Source of the DNA: an uncultured virus (IMG/VR IMGVR_UViG_3300035182_002505)
Lineage: Duplodnaviria; Heunggongvirae; Uroviricota; Caudoviricetes
DNA length: 64,000 bases
Reading direction: 5' to 3' (one strand)
IMG/VR virus record: IMGVR_UViG_3300035182_002505
Under the pieces are notes generated by a model that worked only from the letters and a program-made list of their open reading frames with translations, was not told where the DNA came from and made no database searches. Made by a program: the position numbers and the translations under genes. Positions 1 through 12,234 of the stretch are shown here, piece after piece; positions within the stretch are counted from its first letter, which is position 1, and every line of letters starts with the position of its first letter.

Positions 1-282
1 AGAGGTTGCCAAGGGCGAGGGAATGTGCCGAAAGCGGTCCACCGGGGCGCGTTGGCCTGGCCCCGCTCTCCAGGGACGATTACTGCTCAAGCTCTGAGTG
101 CAGGTAATCGACCGCCTCGGTTCCGCTCGCGCGCAGCTTTGCGAGGACCTGATCGATCACCTCTTTCACATCCTTGAATTCGTCTTCCATGCAGCTCTCC
201 TTGCCAGCGAACATGCTGGATAAAGCATCCTTTCGCATCACCAAGAGCATCTGTCAATGGTAATTGCAACGGAAATGAGGAA

Positions 283-320
283 GTCCTGGCTAACCATCAC
301 CCCAGATGGTTGGCCAGGAC
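283..320. terminator. 16-bp stem hairpin downstream of the minus-strand fibre operon
   Basis: GTCCTGGCTAACCATC-acccca-GATGGTTGGCCAGGAC, one G-T pair; weak U-tract. Confidence 0.5.
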
Positions 321-374
321 CATCCTGGATGCCGGCCGTCGGCCCCCCTCCCCCGAGGCGAGGCGCGTTGTCGA

Positions 375-1991
375 TCAGCTATTGCGCACGATCAGAATGT
401 CGCCGGTGTAGGGCGCACCGGTGCTCTTGACCGACACCTGAGACGCGGTCTGTGCCGAGGCAAAGCCCACGTCACCGTTGGCCGCCGAGGGAGACACGAT
501 CGCGGTGTAGCTGGCGTCGGGCTGCGCAAACGGGAGCGGCACGCTGTTGCCCGCGGCGCTGATCGTGACCCCCGGGATGATGAATGACGAGAGCATAGCC
601 TTCACCCCGCCTGTGGCGTTGATTCCCGAGACCGGAGCACTCGAGCCGCGCAGGTCGACCGTCATCTGCGCGCCGGAGATCTGGAAAACGGCAATGGCTG
701 GGCAGGTGACGCCGCGCAGGTTGGCGACCATTGCGCCCGCCGTCGACTTGCCCAGAATTGCGCCACCATCCAGGTTGGCCCCCTCGGCGTTCAGCGAGGA
801 CTTGGCGAACCCGTCGTCTGCTGGAAAGTCCAGCTCGAACGGGTCCGTCTGACGGCCACGGACCGTGATGCTGGGCCCGACCACGATGCTGCCAGAGTTG
901 TAGCAGGCAAGTCCCGCGAGACCGTTGCCGATGTTCACCGAAGAAAACGATCCGTCTGTTTCCAGGTTCGGTGCGCCGTTCAGGAACACGCGATCGAACC
1001 GACCGGAAAGGCGGTTGGCGATCCGTCCCTCGGCGACGTGATCGGTGGCCACGTACGTGATGGTCGTGTTCAGGTGCTTGCCCAACAAGACAGCCTCGGG
1101 GCAGGTCACGACCTCGTTGCCTGTCACCTCGCCTTCCTGGTCGACATTCATGCTCGATGAGCCGAGGAAGTAGACCTTGTATCCGCAGCTTGAGAAGCGC
1201 GCCCCACGCATGACGAACGGCGCCGAAAGTCCGCACGCCGACGTGTGACCAGGCGTGGGGTCCGCAGCTCCCGCCACGCGGACCGCGGTGGCGTTGTCGG
1301 TGCGCTGGAAGAACACCGGCCCGAGGATTTGAAAGCCCTGGAGCTTGGCGTTGTCCGCCGGAGTCGTCGAAAACACGTCGATCTGCGGCGTCCCATCAGG
1401 CGACGTGAACAGGGCAAGTCCCTGGAAGAGAATGGTGACACCGACGAGCGGGGTCGTGCTGACGTTCAGGGAGATGTGCTCGTTGAAGCTGCCCGGGTAG
1501 ACCTCGACGACCGCGGGCACACCCAGGGCAGAGGCCAGCAAGAGCCCCTTGCCGATGGTCTGAGCCGGCTTGCCGATGTCGCCCGCGGCGGCCGTGAGGT
1601 CGTTCCCGTTTACCGGGTCGACCCAGACGGCCGTTGCTGGCCCAGGGGCGCCGCTGATGCCCGTGGCTCCCGTCGGGCCCGTGGAGCCGGTTGCTCCGGT
1701 AGGTCCCGTTGGGCCGGTCGCGCCCGTGGTGCCGGTCGGCCCCGTGCTGCCCGTGGGCCCCGTCGCGCCTACCCCCGGGCCTGTCGCCCCTGTCGCCCCT
1801 GTCGCCCCTGTCGCCCCTGTCGCCCCTGTCGCCCCTGCGCCGGTGGCGCCGGTCGAACCAGTCGCTCCCGTGGGCCCTGTCGGACCGGTGGCCCCCGGCT
1901 TGTTAGTGACCAGTGAGCCCAGAACCTGGGCGAGGTTCTGGGGATTCTTGTTGCCCAGCCAAACCTTGAAAAATCCCTGTTGATCGCTCAT
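375..1991 (-). CDS. Collagen-like (G-X-T) fibre/spike protein A
   Basis: N-terminal anchor [20 protein letters not shown] repeats, [14 protein letters not shown] beta-helix cap motif; TTGCGT-N18-TATAAT upstream of ATG 1991. Confidence 0.8.
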   Translation of the reverse strand: MSDQQGFFKVWLGNKNPQNLAQVLGSLVTNKPGATGPTGPTGATGSTGATGAGATGATGATGATGATGATGPGVGATGPTGSTGPTGTTGATGPTGPTGATGSTGPTGATGISGAPGPATAVWVDPVNGNDLTAAAGDIGKPAQTIGKGLLLASALGVPAVVEVYPGSFNEHISLNVSTTPLVGVTILFQGLALFTSPDGTPQIDVFSTTPADNAKLQGFQILGPVFFQRTDNATAVRVAGAADPTPGHTSACGLSAPFVMRGARFSSCGYKVYFLGSSSMNVDQEGEVTGNEVVTCPEAVLLGKHLNTTITYVATDHVAEGRIANRLSGRFDRVFLNGAPNLETDGSFSSVNIGNGLAGLACYNSGSIVVGPSITVRGRQTDPFELDFPADDGFAKSSLNAEGANLDGGAILGKSTAGAMVANLRGVTCPAIAVFQISGAQMTVDLRGSSAPVSGINATGGVKAMLSSFIIPGVTISAAGNSVPLPFAQPDASYTAIVSPSAANGDVGFASAQTASQVSVKSTGAPYTGDILIVRNS

Positions 1992-2058
1992 CGTGCCAGT
2001 GATTATACGGGCATCTCGAACAGGAACGCAAAAGAGGCTGGCCATGCCTCGAAGACAA

Positions 2059-3546
<1,488 letters not shown>

Positions 3547-3672
3547 TCAGGCACCAGGAAAAAAAATGGCCAGCAACCGACAGAGAGAATTCGACCAACC
3601 CACCGCCACATGCAACCAAATTCGTTTCTTTCTTACACCAACCAGCATCCACACCGCGATACCATGCGGGCT

Positions 3673-6600
3673 ATGTCCGTTCGCGAGCCGGTCTGCACCG
3701 TCCCCGTCCTCTATCGCACCGACGTCGACCTCGATGACCTCGAGACCAAGGCCGACATCGTCGACATCGAGCCCGTATTCATCGCCCAGGCCGTCGGCAG
3801 CATCCGAGACATCCGCGTCGCCCTCTTCGCCAAGTACGGCGAGGCCGTCGTCCAGCTCTTGCCCGGCCACCCAGGCCCCGACTTCCTCCTCTGCGAGCCC
3901 TCGGCGACCGCACAGGGGACCGCGCCGCCCGCGCCGCCGCCGGCAGCCCCTGACGACGATGAGAGTCGGATCCCACCGGAGCCCCCTGTACCGCCCAAGG
4001 TCCTCGCCATCCGCACCCACCCCACCCACCAGGCCGACGCCGTCGCCGACCTCGTCCGCCTCGGGCTCGAGCCGAGCGGTGACTACCTCGTAGCGCAGGG
4101 AGACTCCGCCCGTGCCGCCTGGGCTGCCCTTCCGCAGCTCCCCTCGTCCTGGCATGTCCTCGTCCCCGAGTGGATCGCGCAGCCTCCCCTCCGCCAGACG
4201 CCCCTCTCCGCTCACGCCATCGTCACCTCCGGCGGCGTCTGGCTCCACCTGCAGCTCACCTTTGGCTCCGAGGGCATTGCCTGCTCGCGCCGCGACCTGC
4301 TCGAGGCCATCCGAGACGGCCGCCGCTTCGTCCTCCTCTCCGATGGATCCTTCGCCGCCTTCGATGCCCCTGCCATCCGCCATGTCCTCGAGGCCGAAGT
4401 CGAACTCCTCGGGAACGCCGGCGCCGGCGGTCGCCTCCCGGTCTCGCAGAGCGTCTACATCCAGGAAATCCTCCAGCTCATCCCCCCCGAAGCCGTCCAG
4501 CTCACCTCCGGCACCGAAGCCCTCTTCCACAAGCTCTCCGACCTCGATCACGTCCCCGCCGTCAAGCAGCCCCGCGAGTTCCGCGGGAAGCTCAAGCCCT
4601 TCCAGCTCAAAGGCCTGAGCTGGCTCTGGTTCCTCCACACCATGCAGGTCGGAGGTGTGCTGGCAGACGACATGGGCGTAGGCAAGAGTCTGTGTGCAAA
4701 TGCCTACACTATGACCCCATCAGGGTGGCGAAAAATGGGGGATTTGCAAGTCGGTGACCAGGTGATCGGGTCGAATGGTCTCCCGACGACGGTGATCGGC
4801 GTCTACCCCCAGGGCGTTAAGCCGGTTGTTCGGCTCACCACGACGACTGGAGCCTCGGTGGTGTGCTGCAGAGAGCACCTCTGGGCGGTACACACGCCGA
4901 ACGACCGCGTCCGGGGCGGCGCGCTGCGGGTCATGTCCGTCGAAGCCATTCTCGCCAAGGGTCTCAAGGACAAGGCCAAGAACAGGCAGTGGTTCATTCC
5001 TATCGCTAAGGCGATGGAATGCCCGGAGACGACGTTTTCGATCCATCCTTACCTGCTCGGCGCACTCCTGGCCAACGGCCATGGCAAAGTGGTCAACCAT
5101 ACGTGGCCACAAGAGCAACGAGTTCAGATGGCGATGTGCCTACCACAAGGCATGGAGTATCACCAGATCGACAAATGGACATCCAACATTTGCAAGGGTC
5201 GAAACGATAAGCAAAACATCCTTGCCAGAATCGTCAAGGAAATCGGACTAGATGGCCACCTCAGCCATGAAAAGTTCATCCCGCAGGAGTACCTCTTCGG
5301 TTCCGTGCAGCAGCGGATCGACTTGCTCCAGGGGCTGATGGACAACGACGGAACGATCTCGAAGGAGGGTAATGTCATGGAGTACAACACCACCTCTCCG
5401 CAGCTCGCGAAGGATGTCATCCACCTGGTCCGTTCACTTGGGGGAACGGCATGGATGTCCACGAGGGACCCTAAATTCAAGTACAAGGGAGAGACGAAGA
5501 TCGGCAAAGAAGACCACCGGATCCGAATGAATGTTCCCTTCTGCCCCTTCCGTGTGTCGTGGAAGGTGGAGCGCTACAAGCCGCGGACGAAGTACCACGC
5601 TGCGCACGCGATTGACACGATCGAGCCGGCCGGGGAGGAGGAGTGCGTGTGCATCGCGGTGGACGCGCCGGACCACCTGTACGTGACAGAAGACTTCCTC
5701 CTCACGCACAACACGGTCCAGGGGATCGCGCTGATGCAGAAGGTTCAGGAGACCGACGGCAAGGTCAAGGTTCTGATTGTGGCGCCGACGAGTGTGGCGC
5801 CGGAGTGGGTGAAAGCGATCCGGAAATTTGCGCCCAACCTGTCGACGCTGCTCTGGCAGGGCAAGGACCGCAAGGTGTCGCAGGATCAGGCCAAGAAGGT
5901 CGACGTCCTGGTCACGACGTACGCGCTGCTCCGGTACGACCAGGACTTCTTCTGCGCCACGGACGCGGAGTACGACTACGTGATCCTGGACGAGGCTCAG
6001 AACATCAAGAACCCGGCGTCAGCGACGGCGATCGCGGCGAAAAAGATCAAGGCCAAGCACCGCCTGGCCATGTCGGGCACGCCCGTCATGAACTCGCTCG
6101 CCGACTACTGGTCGCTGTTCGACTTCGCGAGCCCGGGGCTCTTCGGGAGTCTGGGAAAGTTCACGGAGACCTTCATCACGCCGGTCCGTGATGGGAGCAA
6201 GGATGCAATGGAGAAGATGAGGCGGCTCGCCAAACCGTTCGTCCTGCGCCGGATGAAGAAAGACGTGGCCACCGAGCTGCCGGAGAAGCAGGAGCTGGTG
6301 CGCATGTGCGAGATGACCCCAAAACAGGCCGCTGTCTACCGCAAGGTCCGGGAGGAGATGGAGAACCTGCTGGCGCAGGACGACGGCGGGAAGAACAGCC
6401 TGACCATCCTGCAAGGAATCACGAAGATGCGGCAGATCTCGCTGGATGCCCGGCTGGTTAGCAAGGGCGACACGACGCTGACGGACGCGGACAGCGGAAA
6501 GCTCGAGGAGCTGCTCGAGATCCTCGACCAGTGCTTGGCCGGGGACCACAAGGTCCTGGTGTTCTCGCAGTTCACGTCGATGCTGGACCTGATCAGCGGG

Positions 6601-7011
6601 GCCATCAAGAAGAAGGGCATCATTCACGAGCTGCTGACCGGGGCGACGCCGAGCGCGGTCCGAGAGGAGCAGGTGGCCCGGTTCCAGCGGGACCCGACAT
6701 GCGCAGTGTTCCTGCTCTCGCTGCAGGCCGCCGGCGTGGGCCTCAACCTGTTCGCCGCCGACACGGTCATCCTCTGCGACCCGTGGTGGAATCAGGCGGT
6801 CGAGGACCAGGCCACGGACCGGGCCCACCGGACCGGGCAGAAGAACCCGGTCACGGTGTACCGACTGATCTCGACGGACACGATCGAGGAGAAGATTATG
6901 GTCCTCAAAGAGAAAAAGAAGACGCTGGCCGAAAACGCTGTGCCTGACGACGGCATCGGTGATAAGCTGCTCACGCAGGACGAGATCAAATTCCTGCTCT
7001 CGAAGACATGA
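3673..7011 (+). CDS. SNF2-family helicase/ATPase interrupted by an intein
   Basis: LADDMGVGK|T, ILDEAQ, MSGTP, LVFSQF, DPWWN, QATDRAHRTGQ; start chosen from TACCAT-N7-ATG. Confidence 0.93.
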   Translation: MSVREPVCTVPVLYRTDVDLDDLETKADIVDIEPVFIAQAVGSIRDIRVALFAKYGEAVVQLLPGHPGPDFLLCEPSATAQGTAPPAPPPAAPDDDESRIPPEPPVPPKVLAIRTHPTHQADAVADLVRLGLEPSGDYLVAQGDSARAAWAALPQLPSSWHVLVPEWIAQPPLRQTPLSAHAIVTSGGVWLHLQLTFGSEGIACSRRDLLEAIRDGRRFVLLSDGSFAAFDAPAIRHVLEAEVELLGNAGAGGRLPVSQSVYIQEILQLIPPEAVQLTSGTEALFHKLSDLDHVPAVKQPREFRGKLKPFQLKGLSWLWFLHTMQVGGVLADDMGVGKSLCANAYTMTPSGWRKMGDLQVGDQVIGSNGLPTTVIGVYPQGVKPVVRLTTTTGASVVCCREHLWAVHTPNDRVRGGALRVMSVEAILAKGLKDKAKNRQWFIPIAKAMECPETTFSIHPYLLGALLANGHGKVVNHTWPQEQRVQMAMCLPQGMEYHQIDKWTSNICKGRNDKQNILARIVKEIGLDGHLSHEKFIPQEYLFGSVQQRIDLLQGLMDNDGTISKEGNVMEYNTTSPQLAKDVIHLVRSLGGTAWMSTRDPKFKYKGETKIGKEDHRIRMNVPFCPFRVSWKVERYKPRTKYHAAHAIDTIEPAGEEECVCIAVDAPDHLYVTEDFLLTHNTVQGIALMQKVQETDGKVKVLIVAPTSVAPEWVKAIRKFAPNLSTLLWQGKDRKVSQDQAKKVDVLVTTYALLRYDQDFFCATDAEYDYVILDEAQNIKNPASATAIAAKKIKAKHRLAMSGTPVMNSLADYWSLFDFASPGLFGSLGKFTETFITPVRDGSKDAMEKMRRLAKPFVLRRMKKDVATELPEKQELVRMCEMTPKQAAVYRKVREEMENLLAQDDGGKNSLTILQGITKMRQISLDARLVSKGDTTLTDADSGKLEELLEILDQCLAGDHKVLVFSQFTSMLDLISGAIKKKGIIHELLTGATPSAVREEQVARFQRDPTCAVFLLSLQAAGVGLNLFAADTVILCDPWWNQAVEDQATDRAHRTGQKNPVTVYRLISTDTIEEKIMVLKEKKKTLAENAVPDDGIGDKLLTQDEIKFLLSKT
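4687..5712 (+). mobile_element. 342-aa intein with LAGLIDADG-type endonuclease, class 3 signature
   Basis: Inserted between Walker A K and T; starts SLC, ends THN/T; EHLW, CVCIAV, LLQGLMDNDG; lower GC. Confidence 0.92.
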
Positions 7012-7063
7012 AAGATCCAGCCATGCCAAACGTTCACGCCGCCAACCGAGCTACGTTCGGCGA

Positions 7064-8224
7064 ATGATCACCCCGCAACGAACGCCGAACCTGCTGGCCC
7101 TGGTGATGATCGTGAAGAACGAGGCGCGGTCCATCGCCGCGATCATCGACTCCGTCCGTGACGTCGTCGACTCCATCCTCATCCTGGACACTGGCTCGAC
7201 CGATGGGACGCAGGAGCTGGCCAAGAAGGCTTTCGGGGACGTGCCAGGTGAGGTACTCGAGGAGCCCTTCGAGAACTACGGGGTCACCCGGGACAGGGCC
7301 CTCGACCTCGCCGGGACGCGCTGCACCTTCACCCTCATGCTGAGCGGTGACGAGACCGTGGTGGGCGCCGAAGCCCTGCGCGACTTCTGCGAGCAGAACA
7401 AGGACTCGACCGGCCACGAGCACGGGGCCTACCACCTGCAGCTCAAGATCGGCGGAGTGATCTTCGACACGACCCGCCTGGCACGGTCTGCGGCAGGCTG
7501 GCGCTACCAGGGAGTCGTCCACGAGGTCATGTGCCCCCCGCCCGGTCCATGGCAGGCCCCCGCCTCCATCCGCGTTCCCGGCGTCCTCATCGACCACGAC
7601 GCGAGCCACCGCGACCCCGTGGCGATGAAGCGGACCTGGGAGCAGCACCTTTCCCTGTTGAACATGGAGTGGCATCGCCGGCCCGAGGACCCACGGACCC
7701 GGTTTTACCTGGCCCAGACCTGCGACTGCCTGGGGCAGTACCAGGAAGCCCTCGACCACTACGACGCCCGGATCGCAATGGGGGGCTGGGTCGAGGAGAC
7801 TTTCATCGCGAAGCTCCGCGCCGGCCGGGTGGCGAACAAGCTGGGCCACCCCTGGGCAGAGGTGATGCAGCGCTTCCTCGACGCCTACTCCCACAGCCCC
7901 CACCGCGCCGAGCCGCTCTACGAGATCGCCAACCACTACTACCTCGAGAAGAACTGGCGCCTCTGCCACCTGTTCGCGCTTCATGCGGCGAACATCTCGC
8001 TCCCGGCCCACGCGACCCTCTTCGTCGAGCACGAGATCTATTCGTTCAGCATACCCGACATCCTCTCGATCGCGGCCTACTACGTGGGTGACCTACAGAA
8101 CGGCCAGCTTGCCCTGAGCCTCGCGCTGGCGCAGCGCCCGGATGACCCTCGCCTGCTCAAGAACCAGGAGTTCTATCGCGACCGGGACGGCGCCAAGACC
8201 AGCACGCAGAGATCCCCGCGGTAG
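7064..8224 (+). CDS. GT2 glycosyltransferase with TPR C-terminus
   Basis: MIVKNE, DTGSTDGT, WRYQGVVHE, PRTRFYLAQT, RAEPLYEIA. Confidence 0.85.
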   Translation: MITPQRTPNLLALVMIVKNEARSIAAIIDSVRDVVDSILILDTGSTDGTQELAKKAFGDVPGEVLEEPFENYGVTRDRALDLAGTRCTFTLMLSGDETVVGAEALRDFCEQNKDSTGHEHGAYHLQLKIGGVIFDTTRLARSAAGWRYQGVVHEVMCPPPGPWQAPASIRVPGVLIDHDASHRDPVAMKRTWEQHLSLLNMEWHRRPEDPRTRFYLAQTCDCLGQYQEALDHYDARIAMGGWVEETFIAKLRAGRVANKLGHPWAEVMQRFLDAYSHSPHRAEPLYEIANHYYLEKNWRLCHLFALHAANISLPAHATLFVEHEIYSFSIPDILSIAAYYVGDLQNGQLALSLALAQRPDDPRLLKNQEFYRDRDGAKTSTQRSPR

Positions 8225-8477
8225 GTCCCCCCATCCCTCTCGCCGGCGTTCGTCGCGGTGTCTAATTTGAGCCGTTGCGCCGATCGCCAGCCCGTGCGAT
8301 CTTGGTCTTGCCGCCGACCGAACACCCGAAGAAGAAGCGCGGCAGGCAGCTACTCGAGACCATTCACCGCCTTGACCCATTGCATTTTCGTGCTTTCTGC
8401 AGGGGGACAGTGGACGCTGGTTTCGGTAGGTGAAGGTTCGGTCGGCAGCATCCTTGTTGTGCTATCATCGAAAGATC

Positions 8478-8861
8478 ATGGCAAAAACCAAGGCCGTCTT
8501 CTTCGTCCGCACATCTCTGACCGTCGTCCAGGCGACTATCCATCACGAGCTTCAGCTCTTGCAGCGGTACGCTGAAGAACACGGACTCGATGCGGTCAGC
8601 AACGCGCTTCAGCGCGGGAAGGACACCGATCCGGTGCCCGATTCCGTGCTGGACCTGTGCGCCAGCATTGCAGACCATGAGCCCGTGGTGCTGCTCGCGA
8701 CCCGCAAGGATCTGTTCGGGCAGACGGACGACGACCTTGTTGCGCTCGCCGAGCGCCTGCCGCCCGGGGTGACAGCACGGTCGCTGGACGGCTGGACCGC
8801 TCGTGGCCTGCTGCCAGCCATCGCCGGCGAAACCGGCCCATTATCGGTCGGTGCTCGCTGA
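8478..8861 (+). CDS. Degenerate serine-resolvase-like domain protein
   Basis: AVFFVRTS and LLATRKDLFG resemble YxRxS and VxxLDRLxR but lack the arginines. Confidence 0.4.
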   Translation: MAKTKAVFFVRTSLTVVQATIHHELQLLQRYAEEHGLDAVSNALQRGKDTDPVPDSVLDLCASIADHEPVVLLATRKDLFGQTDDDLVALAERLPPGVTARSLDGWTARGLLPAIAGETGPLSVGAR

Positions 8862-8903
8862 TATCTGTCGACCGATGCATGTCACATTTGCTACCATGCA
8901 GGC

Positions 8904-9107
8904 ATGAGCAAGCAAGACTTCTCGGAGCAGCAGATCGACTTCATCGCCCGCCAAGCCTATTCGGCCTACGGCAAGACCACGGGGTTCAAGAATTTTCAGG
9001 GCAACCCCATGCCGACCTTCGACGCGTTGCCTGCCAAGATCCAGGATGCCTGGCGAAGCGCGTCGCTCGCCGCGCACAGCGCCGCCATCGAAGCCCGCGG
9101 CTGGTGA
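8904..9107 (+). CDS. Small hypothetical phage-type protein
   Basis: Good GC3 bias, TACCAT-N6-ATG. Confidence 0.6.
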   Translation: MSKQDFSEQQIDFIARQAYSAYGKTTGFKNFQGNPMPTFDALPAKIQDAWRSASLAAHSAAIEARGW

Positions 9108-9137
9108 TCTGCCTGCCGCGGGCGAGGACCCGGCGGC

Positions 9138-10106
9138 TCAGATCGGGGCGCTGACAACGACCCAGAAATCGCTGGCGAGGTCGGGGTCCGAGACGTAAGC
9201 GAACGGCAGCCAGAAGTACCCCTTCTGTCCCCATTTGTCGCCCCAGGAGTTGCGCACGAGGAAAGCCTGGCGCGCGTCGGAGTAGCCCACCATCAGGACC
9301 GCGTGTCCGCCCTCGACCTGCTCGCCCGGGGCAGGCATGGGGACGATGCCGGTCTTGGCGACGGCCTGGCTCATGAAGCTCGCGTACACCGTAAACCCGA
9401 AGCAGATCGGCAAGCCGCCGGCGAGGGTCGCCTTCATCGTCGCGAGGTCGCCGTCGGCGATGGCGTGGTAGCTGGTGACGACGTGCTTCTTGCCCTCGGC
9501 GTAGCAGCTCGCCGGGGGTTTCACGGCGAACTTCGAGACGTCGTAGGGCCAGTGCTTCTCGTCGACGACGCCGAACTTGGCGCCTGCCTTGATGGTGTCG
9601 CGGATCGAGGCGCCTGAGTCCTCGTTCACCGTGTGCTCGATCTCCCGTGTGGCGTGGTAGCTGAACAGCCGGGACGACCGCTCGAGACCCGCCGGGGCCG
9701 GCGGGGGCGCGGGTGCCGGGGTGGGCGAGACGACGGCACCGTTGGCGTCGAGGGTGACGACCTTGAGGCCGCCCAGACCATCGGGCTCGACGGACACGCG
9801 GGTAATTCGCTGGTTGGTGAGGGCGTTGAGGGTGAGGGTGGCCAACTTGCCGCCCGAGGCGAGCCGGCGGATCTCGTTGTACTCGACGGCACCGGCGAAC
9901 ATGTTGGCGGTACAGGATCCCAGAGATCCTTGATCGCACACCGGGGGGCAGAAGCTGGTGAGGTTGACCTCTGCGGACGGTGAGGACAGGCCTGCGGGGA
10001 TGCGGATCGAGAAGTCTTTGTCGCGCTTGTCGTAGCGCTGGCGGGTGTATCCGCCGAGATGGATCTGCCTGGTCGAGCCGTCTGCGAGGGTGAGCGTCTT
10101 CAGCAT
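9138..10106 (-). CDS. Papain-like C1 cysteine peptidase
   Basis: DQGSLGSCTAN, GGHAVLMVGY, RNSWGDKWGQKGYF. Confidence 0.9.
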   Translation of the reverse strand: MLKTLTLADGSTRQIHLGGYTRQRYDKRDKDFSIRIPAGLSSPSAEVNLTSFCPPVCDQGSLGSCTANMFAGAVEYNEIRRLASGGKLATLTLNALTNQRITRVSVEPDGLGGLKVVTLDANGAVVSPTPAPAPPPAPAGLERSSRLFSYHATREIEHTVNEDSGASIRDTIKAGAKFGVVDEKHWPYDVSKFAVKPPASCYAEGKKHVVTSYHAIADGDLATMKATLAGGLPICFGFTVYASFMSQAVAKTGIVPMPAPGEQVEGGHAVLMVGYSDARQAFLVRNSWGDKWGQKGYFWLPFAYVSDPDLASDFWVVVSAPI

Positions 10107-10233
10107 GGTGCCGGCACCATACCATCGACTGTGAGATTGCCGCCGGTCGGGCCATGAAATTTTCATCAGCCTCTCGGCGAACGAACAGATTTCTTTAGAG
10201 ATTCGCAGCATTTTACACGGTCCTGTAGGATGG

Positions 10234-12207
10234 ATGTCGGCGTTCAGCTTTGACCCAACGAGCCAGGCATCCTATCGACTGCACAACCAGCTCGCCCAGC
10301 AGATCGTGGCCCTCGAGTACAACCACCGCAGGCCACTTCGCCTCACCAGCGAGATGCTCGGCAAGGCGGTCGAGACGCTGCTACGTGGACTGAACCTGTG
10401 GGGGTATCACCCTCTTGCGCTGACCCGCATGGTCGACGATGGGTTCGAGATTCCGCCCCTCTCGTTCAAGGGATTTGACCATGATCTGGATCTTGAAGCG
10501 CTCATCAACATGGGCTTGCAGAATCCAGCCTACCCGACCCAATCGAAAGCGGAATACTACCTGTACCCGGAATGTGTGGTCGTCGACCGCGGATACTTCG
10601 ATGACGGTCGAGACTTGCATATCTTCGTGACGCCCACAAAAGGCGTCATTAGCTCGCTCGACCGCATGCTGGTCCAGATCGGCGGTGACCACCGTCTCGA
10701 AGCCAAGCAGAGGGCAGCCATGCTCGGGAAACGATTCGGCGACGCCTGCAGCGGGCTCGATGACGGAACACTGGATTTTAGCATCGGTCCACTGGCAGCC
10801 AGGATCGTTTCGGAGGAAGGATTTGAGCCACCCGAGTATGGCCCAGACCTCGATGATGATCTGGCGACATGGTTTGCGCCTGAGTACCCAAAACTGTCGC
10901 TGCCGCGGGCGCTTCGCTTTGCCATCGGAGAATCGCCTTCACAGATTGCCGACGACAAGCTCAGCGACCACGACGCGCACAACTACCTGACCGTAGCTCC
11001 CCAGATTTCACCCGAAGACTGGCCGACGGATGGAGATCCACGGAAGATCTTTGCAGCCCTCTACACGACCTACGGCCACATGAGCGACGAGATGGACCGG
11101 ATGGTCCGTCAGTACGCCCCCAAGGGTATACGGCCATTGACGAAGGCTATTTCAACCTGGTTGCAGCCAGCATTCCCTCACGTCGACATGTTCCAGGCCA
11201 TCAAGCTGACGATGGGCGAATCGCCGTCAACGGTCAGCGAAGGAGTGCTGACTGACGAGCAAGGGCTCGACTGGCTCATGCGGCACCCCGACCTCAGCGC
11301 CAAGGGATACCTGGCCTGGATCCGATCCGGCCGCAACGATCGTGTGCTCTACGCGGTTCTTCGCATGAGCCCGAACAACAAGGACCACGACAGGGCCGAC
11401 GTCATCGCCGAGGCCAACCTGGGAACAATAGAAAAATCGGCAGTGTCACGGTGGCTGTCCCCGTCGTACCCGAAGGTAGACGTCGTGAGGGCGAGCCGCA
11501 TCGTGCTCGGGGAAACGCCTGTCGCGGTGTCGGGTGGTCAGCTCACCAGGGCTGAGGCGCACGAATGGCTGTCCGAAGGCGCGAACCAGAGTCCCCTCTA
11601 TTGGCTGGCTGACCGGCTGCCCGAGGTGGCCCGCAACGTGCGTGACATGGCAGTCGTGCGGTGGCTGATGGATATTCAGCGGCGAGGGGCATGGGGCCAG
11701 CTCACCAGGACTCGCCGGAACTACGGTCCAGCAGGACAGGTCATCACATACCGTTACATCGACAAGCTGGACGAGATCATGGTCGGTGACCTGGCTCGCG
11801 GGCCCGCCACGTCGGTCGAAGATGCATTCGCGTCGTCGACGGAGCGGAACTCGACCTCGCAGAAAAACCTCAACCTGCAGGACCACCGGCACCTGGCCGA
11901 TCCGCCGGCGAAGTGGGTCCTACCACCCGAGATCACGGTGCTGACCACGCCGAGCCAGCTTGCCTGGGAGGGCGAGCAGATGGGGCACTGCGTCGGCGGG
12001 TACGTTGACGCAGTCGAGCGCGGGTCGGCTGTGATTCTCTCTATCCAGGTCGGAGACCACCACTCGACCGCGGAGGTGTCGCGCCAGGGGATCGTGAGGC
12101 AGCACTTCGGTGCCAGGAACTCGCTGCCGGCCAAGCAGAACAAGGACTTCCTCGAAGCGGTGATGCGCAACAACGGCTGGGCGTGGGGAACTGGAGCGGC
12201 TCGCTGA
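10234..12207 (+). CDS. PcfJ-like domain protein with three internal repeats
   Basis: C-terminal LAWEGEQMGHCVGGY..STAEV..QHFGARN. Confidence 0.7.
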   Translation: MSAFSFDPTSQASYRLHNQLAQQIVALEYNHRRPLRLTSEMLGKAVETLLRGLNLWGYHPLALTRMVDDGFEIPPLSFKGFDHDLDLEALINMGLQNPAYPTQSKAEYYLYPECVVVDRGYFDDGRDLHIFVTPTKGVISSLDRMLVQIGGDHRLEAKQRAAMLGKRFGDACSGLDDGTLDFSIGPLAARIVSEEGFEPPEYGPDLDDDLATWFAPEYPKLSLPRALRFAIGESPSQIADDKLSDHDAHNYLTVAPQISPEDWPTDGDPRKIFAALYTTYGHMSDEMDRMVRQYAPKGIRPLTKAISTWLQPAFPHVDMFQAIKLTMGESPSTVSEGVLTDEQGLDWLMRHPDLSAKGYLAWIRSGRNDRVLYAVLRMSPNNKDHDRADVIAEANLGTIEKSAVSRWLSPSYPKVDVVRASRIVLGETPVAVSGGQLTRAEAHEWLSEGANQSPLYWLADRLPEVARNVRDMAVVRWLMDIQRRGAWGQLTRTRRNYGPAGQVITYRYIDKLDEIMVGDLARGPATSVEDAFASSTERNSTSQKNLNLQDHRHLADPPAKWVLPPEITVLTTPSQLAWEGEQMGHCVGGYVDAVERGSAVILSIQVGDHHSTAEVSRQGIVRQHFGARNSLPAKQNKDFLEAVMRNNGWAWGTGAAR

Positions 12208-12234
12208 GGCGAAGTTTGCCCTGAACTACAACGC

